From Mustelus asterias (lineage: Eukaryota): a DNA stretch of 64,000 nt. The notes beneath the pieces were generated by a model, which worked only from the letters and a program-made list of their open reading frames with translations, did not search any database and was not told the DNA's origin. The stretch lies in the NCBI RefSeq assembly GCF_964213995.1, contig NC_135816.1:60574001-60638000 (forward strand), read 5' to 3'. This document shows positions 59,546-64,000 of the stretch, in pieces. The position numbers were made by a program, and so were the translations under genes. Positions within the stretch are counted from its first letter, which is position 1. Each line of letters starts with the position of its first letter.

Positions 59546-62320
59546 TCATATGTTCCTATGTTACTACACTTGTGAATGCATCACTGGATATTATTGTATA
59601 AATAGGGTTGTGAAATCATGCTTCACATCAAAAAACAGTGTTTGACTTTACTGGCTGGAAAATACTAACTGATTTTTTTTTAAAGACTAAAGACACATTC
59701 TAGTGACTTGGGATCACAGTCAAAGATGGTTCTTATGATCCAAGCTGATGTTAATACTGGACAAATCAGATGCCAGAGTGGAACATTGATAGATCCTAAC
59801 TTTTATTTTTCTTTGAAACCTTGGAGGGCAATTACTGAAAAGCTTCTCAAAAGTCGACTGTTGAAATTTTAACAGAAGAATAAAACATTTATTAAACAAG
59901 AAAAATGAACTATATTACACCAGACAGAAAGGTTGGAAATATAGCAATGCAAACACCAGTAAATGCGCAAAATCGCCCCCAACTTTAATTGGAAAGATAT
60001 ATGCTTAATTCATAAATTTAAGACCATTTACAATGGCCATGATTCTCCCAAATTGGGACTAGGTGCCCATGCCGGCAGGGGCCCTCCCCTTAAAAAATGA
60101 AATGCTGCCCCCTCGACTGACCAGAGGAGCACCACCAACCCCCCATCAAATTCTCCACCCTCTCTACCCACAAATAACCAGAAACTTTCCTCCCCACCCC
60201 CGCACACAGACATAAGGATAACCTGAACTGAACGACCCGCCCCAAACCTCCCACTCAGCCCACTTCTCCTCCTCTGTTAGACCCCCTACTCAACCCACCC
60301 TTTCCCCTCAGACCCCCTTCAGGCCACGCGCCATAGCAGTGCCAACAGCGCACTTCCCCGGCACCCTGGCACTGACAACTTGGCCTGGCGCCTTGGGCCC
60401 TGAGGGGGCTTGAGGAGGTTTGAGGAGGTAGGTTCAGTGGCCATTTGCCCCTCTGCTGCTGCCGGGCTGCAGAAGAAGGGTCGCTCAAAGGTCCTGGGCT
60501 CGGGGCAAGTGGTTGACCTTGCCACTCTGCGCCAGGATGGGAGTGTCGTGGCTGGACTGCCCGTTCTAGCCCTTGCAGACCTGAAGATCACCGCTACCAT
60601 GGTGATTTCAAGCAGCCCTGCAATCATTGTCTGAATTCCTGCCTGTCAGCTGTGCAAATGTTGAAGTGGATTGGTCGCTTTAACCTCCATACCAGCCCTC
60701 CACCCCCGCCCAATCACCTGGCACGATTTTAAATCCTTAGAATGACCTGGACACTTTAGCTGACGGACAGGAATGCAAATATTGACAGAGGCCACCAAAT
60801 TCTATGGATTTCTCATCAATTCCCCAAATGTTTATCACACTGTGAGCCGCCCGATCTCACAAACTGTTTTTCTCATGAGGACTTACAATCTCCACTTTCA
60901 AAGATCTCACCTTGGGATTCTCTCCCAGATGAAGCTTCCATTCAGACATCTTCAACAAGGATTCACTTCCAGGGTTTCCAACTCTCTTTCCGATGCTCAT
61001 TTCCCTTGGATCTTTACTGACACTTTACCAGCCATTCTCACTCTCTGATATTCAGCCATGCCAAGCAGTACACCACTGCTCCAAAGGGTACTTCTGCACT
61101 TTAATGCCCCAGCACACAATTACCTTCAGCTGCCTCCTTGCGTCTTCAGGCTTCTCTCAAGCCCACTTTGATCCAAGTCTGCTCCCCACAGTTCTGTCTC
61201 TTTAATTTTGAGCTTTTTCCTTTGCTCCGTATGTTTAACTTCACTTAACAGGACCTGTTTCGTAGACCTGTCCTTTATTTAACTGTCTTTTTAGGAACTC
61301 TTTCTGTCCCACTCTTGGTTTGGGACCACCTTCTTGATTTGAACCCTGCTCCCCCTCCCATGTCTTACTTCTTTGGACACCTTTTTCAGAGCGATGCTCT
61401 TCTTTCAGGTCTCCTGACCTTTTTTTCACATTTGTTCCTCCTTTTCTTCTGCGCAAGTTTCCAGCTGAAAAAAAACAAGAGTGAACTGCACATGTGCTCA
61501 GGGCCATTTACTGGCCTGAAGACAGTGCAAATGGACCAATCACACATGTGCAATCATTTCACTGGCACATGCACTGAAAGCCCCGAGACCCACTGGGAAC
61601 AGTAGTTTCCAGCCTCTGATTTAAAAGGTACAGTTTTTTCTTAAGAGTTAATCAAATTGCACATCCGCAAAGACGCACCAGGAACAGTTGCCTGAAGGAG
61701 ATGAATGGGGGACATCTCCTTTCCCATTAGAAAAGCCTACAGACAATCACCTTCGCTCTCAAAAGGGTGACAACAAACCATTAGACAGAATTACTTGGAC
61801 AACGGAGCCCTGATTAGAGAGGTATTCCCAGCCATGATCTATTCAAGGTAACTCAAATACAATAGGCACAACCATATTTTGGTCACTGGGCAGTTCGAGA
61901 GAGAGATTGTCGTGTGCTACCCAATCCATTTTGTCTTTAAGCAACTGTTTTCCTTGCAGACTGTAGCAACAACTGAAACACTGAAGGAACAAGGATGAGT
62001 GATGTCCTTTCCTCTCGCTTTCTCCATTCAACTCGCAAGTTTTGAATGGCATCTGTTGATTTTGAAGATCAAGGCAGACAGAGATTTGAAAAAAGAACTC
62101 AACTCAGCACTATGGTCTCCCGAAGAACAGGTAAATCGTCTGTCTACAGCTTAAACCACCTTGGTGCCTTAGGCGGCAAGACTATCGAATTCAGCCTGAC
62201 GCCAGCCGAGTCACCAACCAACAAGTGTCATGTGCCCCTTTAATTAACTACTTATTTAATCTATCCTCCCCACTCTGTAATCTATTTATGTGTATGTCAA
62301 CTTCAAAAGTGTGCATGTAC

Positions 62321-62345
62321 GTGTGTGTGTGCATGTATATGTGTT

Positions 62346-62379
<34 letters not shown>

Positions 62380-62400
62380 CGAAAGTGAGAGAGAGAGAGA
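62321..62400. repeat. Compound (TG)n(AG)n microsatellite
   Basis: Directly visible. Confidence 0.9.
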
Positions 62401-64000
62401 GCTGGAATGCTTTTTTTTTACTTAGCCCAGGTTAAGTATAATATAAACAATTCTCTTTTCTTTTTTAAAAAACAAAGAAATTGTGTCATTTATGACAGCA
62501 TGTAAACAGTTAAGCATTGATGGAATTAGCAAGTATGTCCCTTTAAAAAATATATTGTTGCAAACGAAGAGAGTCTTTCAACCCCTCCACATTCAATTGT
62601 AACAGTCGTCATTGCCCTTTAAGATCTCTATTAATTTTCCATTTAGTTCTCTGAATTAAGTAGTTTATACTCAAATTCATGAGCCTGCCACTTCATCTCT
62701 CTTGTTGCTCATGAGTAACTATTGATTGTTATTAGTATGTATGTATGTACATTATCCTGGGAAGTTTGTGCATTAATCTTGTAGCTGGTCAGAGACCCGT
62801 AACTCAAAGCTAAATAATTACAAAATTTTCAAATGACAATTGTGCAGAGCATTCAGTCACTCATTGGAAATAAACTGATTATCCCCACAGCACAATAATA
62901 ACTCTAGACCCATTTCATTTAGCATGTAATTTTGGCTAACTTCCAGCAGAAGTATCAGTGATAATCATATAGTTAGAATTATTTCTATCCCCAAGTGATT
63001 ATTCATAATTAGGAAAATCACAGTAATACTGTAGCAATCGCAGGTTCTCAAAGCTATGGGAAATGACATAGGGCCGGATTGTCATGGAGCTATAAGAATT
63101 CTGGACTCATTTCAAAATGGGCAGGACCTGATTTCAGATTCTGCTGCATTCCCGGTACCCCCAATCTTTGGCAGCATGAGATAAGGGTGCAGCTGGTGAG
63201 TCTGCATCATGCACTCCTGATCTGACTGGCTATATGGTGGGGGTAAGCATCTCTCACGTTTCATGAAGTTGGGTCAGCTCTTCCATGACTCATTATTCAT
63301 GACCCCTCAGAAGAGCAATGAAGCATAGTCTGGCTTTGGGAACTTTTGTAAGGCAAGGTCGAAAGGCTTACTCATGCTCCTTCCATGCTAACTGATGCAT
63401 ATTGGTGCTTGGCTGAGAACCCAAACACTCATATCAGGATTGTCTCTGTTGACATGGTTAGGGAGAAGGATAAACTCTGCCTGATTGACACATTTATGAT
63501 GTTATCGTAAGCTATTTTTCTGTAATCACTTTTGTCAATGGCTTAATGTTTATGTGTCAAGTACTTATAACTTTTATTATTACTACTTTAAAGTTCTGGT
63601 TGATTGACATCTTAAAGGATTGGAGCAATTGCATTTTGTTTTAAAGAAAGTTGTGAATGCATTTTTAAGGGGTTACACATTATTCATTCTTACTTAGAGG
63701 TTGATAGGTCTGTATACTGGGTGATTGGGCATAGAAATTCCATGATCTGGCATGGATATATGAGTGGCCATTGATGGTGGGTGGGGGCATGAGTTGACAT
63801 GCAAGTGGCATGAGGAGTGGGTAGGAGTGTGGGAGAATGTGAGGGTTAAGGACTCAGAGGGCTTCCTGCCCCACACTAATTGAGTCCCATAAGTGAGCAA
63901 TTAAGGCCCTCTTAAGGGCATCATCCTACCACTGTTGGTATTAACATAGTGACAGGTGGGAGGTCCACCATGCAGAGAGCATTACAAGCAAATGCGGATG

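Noticed and set aside
63370-63520. Possible further minus-strand exon (CAG acceptor, GTAAGC donor)
   Set aside because: Weak polypyrimidine tract and ambiguous frame; not enough to link it to the fossil gene.

Overview
Repeat-dense eukaryotic DNA. The repeat set (CR1 LINEs with HE1-like SINEs, Deu-domain SINE, Rex-Babar, Tx1, Penelope, Harbinger, hAT, class I ERV) points to a cartilaginous fish, probably a shark; this is an inference. I found no intact host gene, RNA gene or CRISPR array. Well-supported elements are: (1) a full-length CR1 with intact ORF1 and ORF2 and a tandem ~217-bp 5'UTR monomer array (7587-12236, -); (2) a two-LTR endogenous retrovirus with PBS, PPT, pol remnants and a gamma-type env remnant (22173-31903, +); (3) a complete 2.8-kb Buster-type hAT transposon with perfect TIRs and TSD (37340-40139); (4) four Penelope insertions carrying minimal hammerhead ribozyme motifs. 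Between the repeats, the unique sequence reads on the minus strand as a chain of decayed exons, several with matching splice phases, spanning about 350-52400. This looks like a large pseudogenised gene that I cannot name; it has weak DH/PH-like and ARM-like features. Boundaries of the old repeats are approximate.
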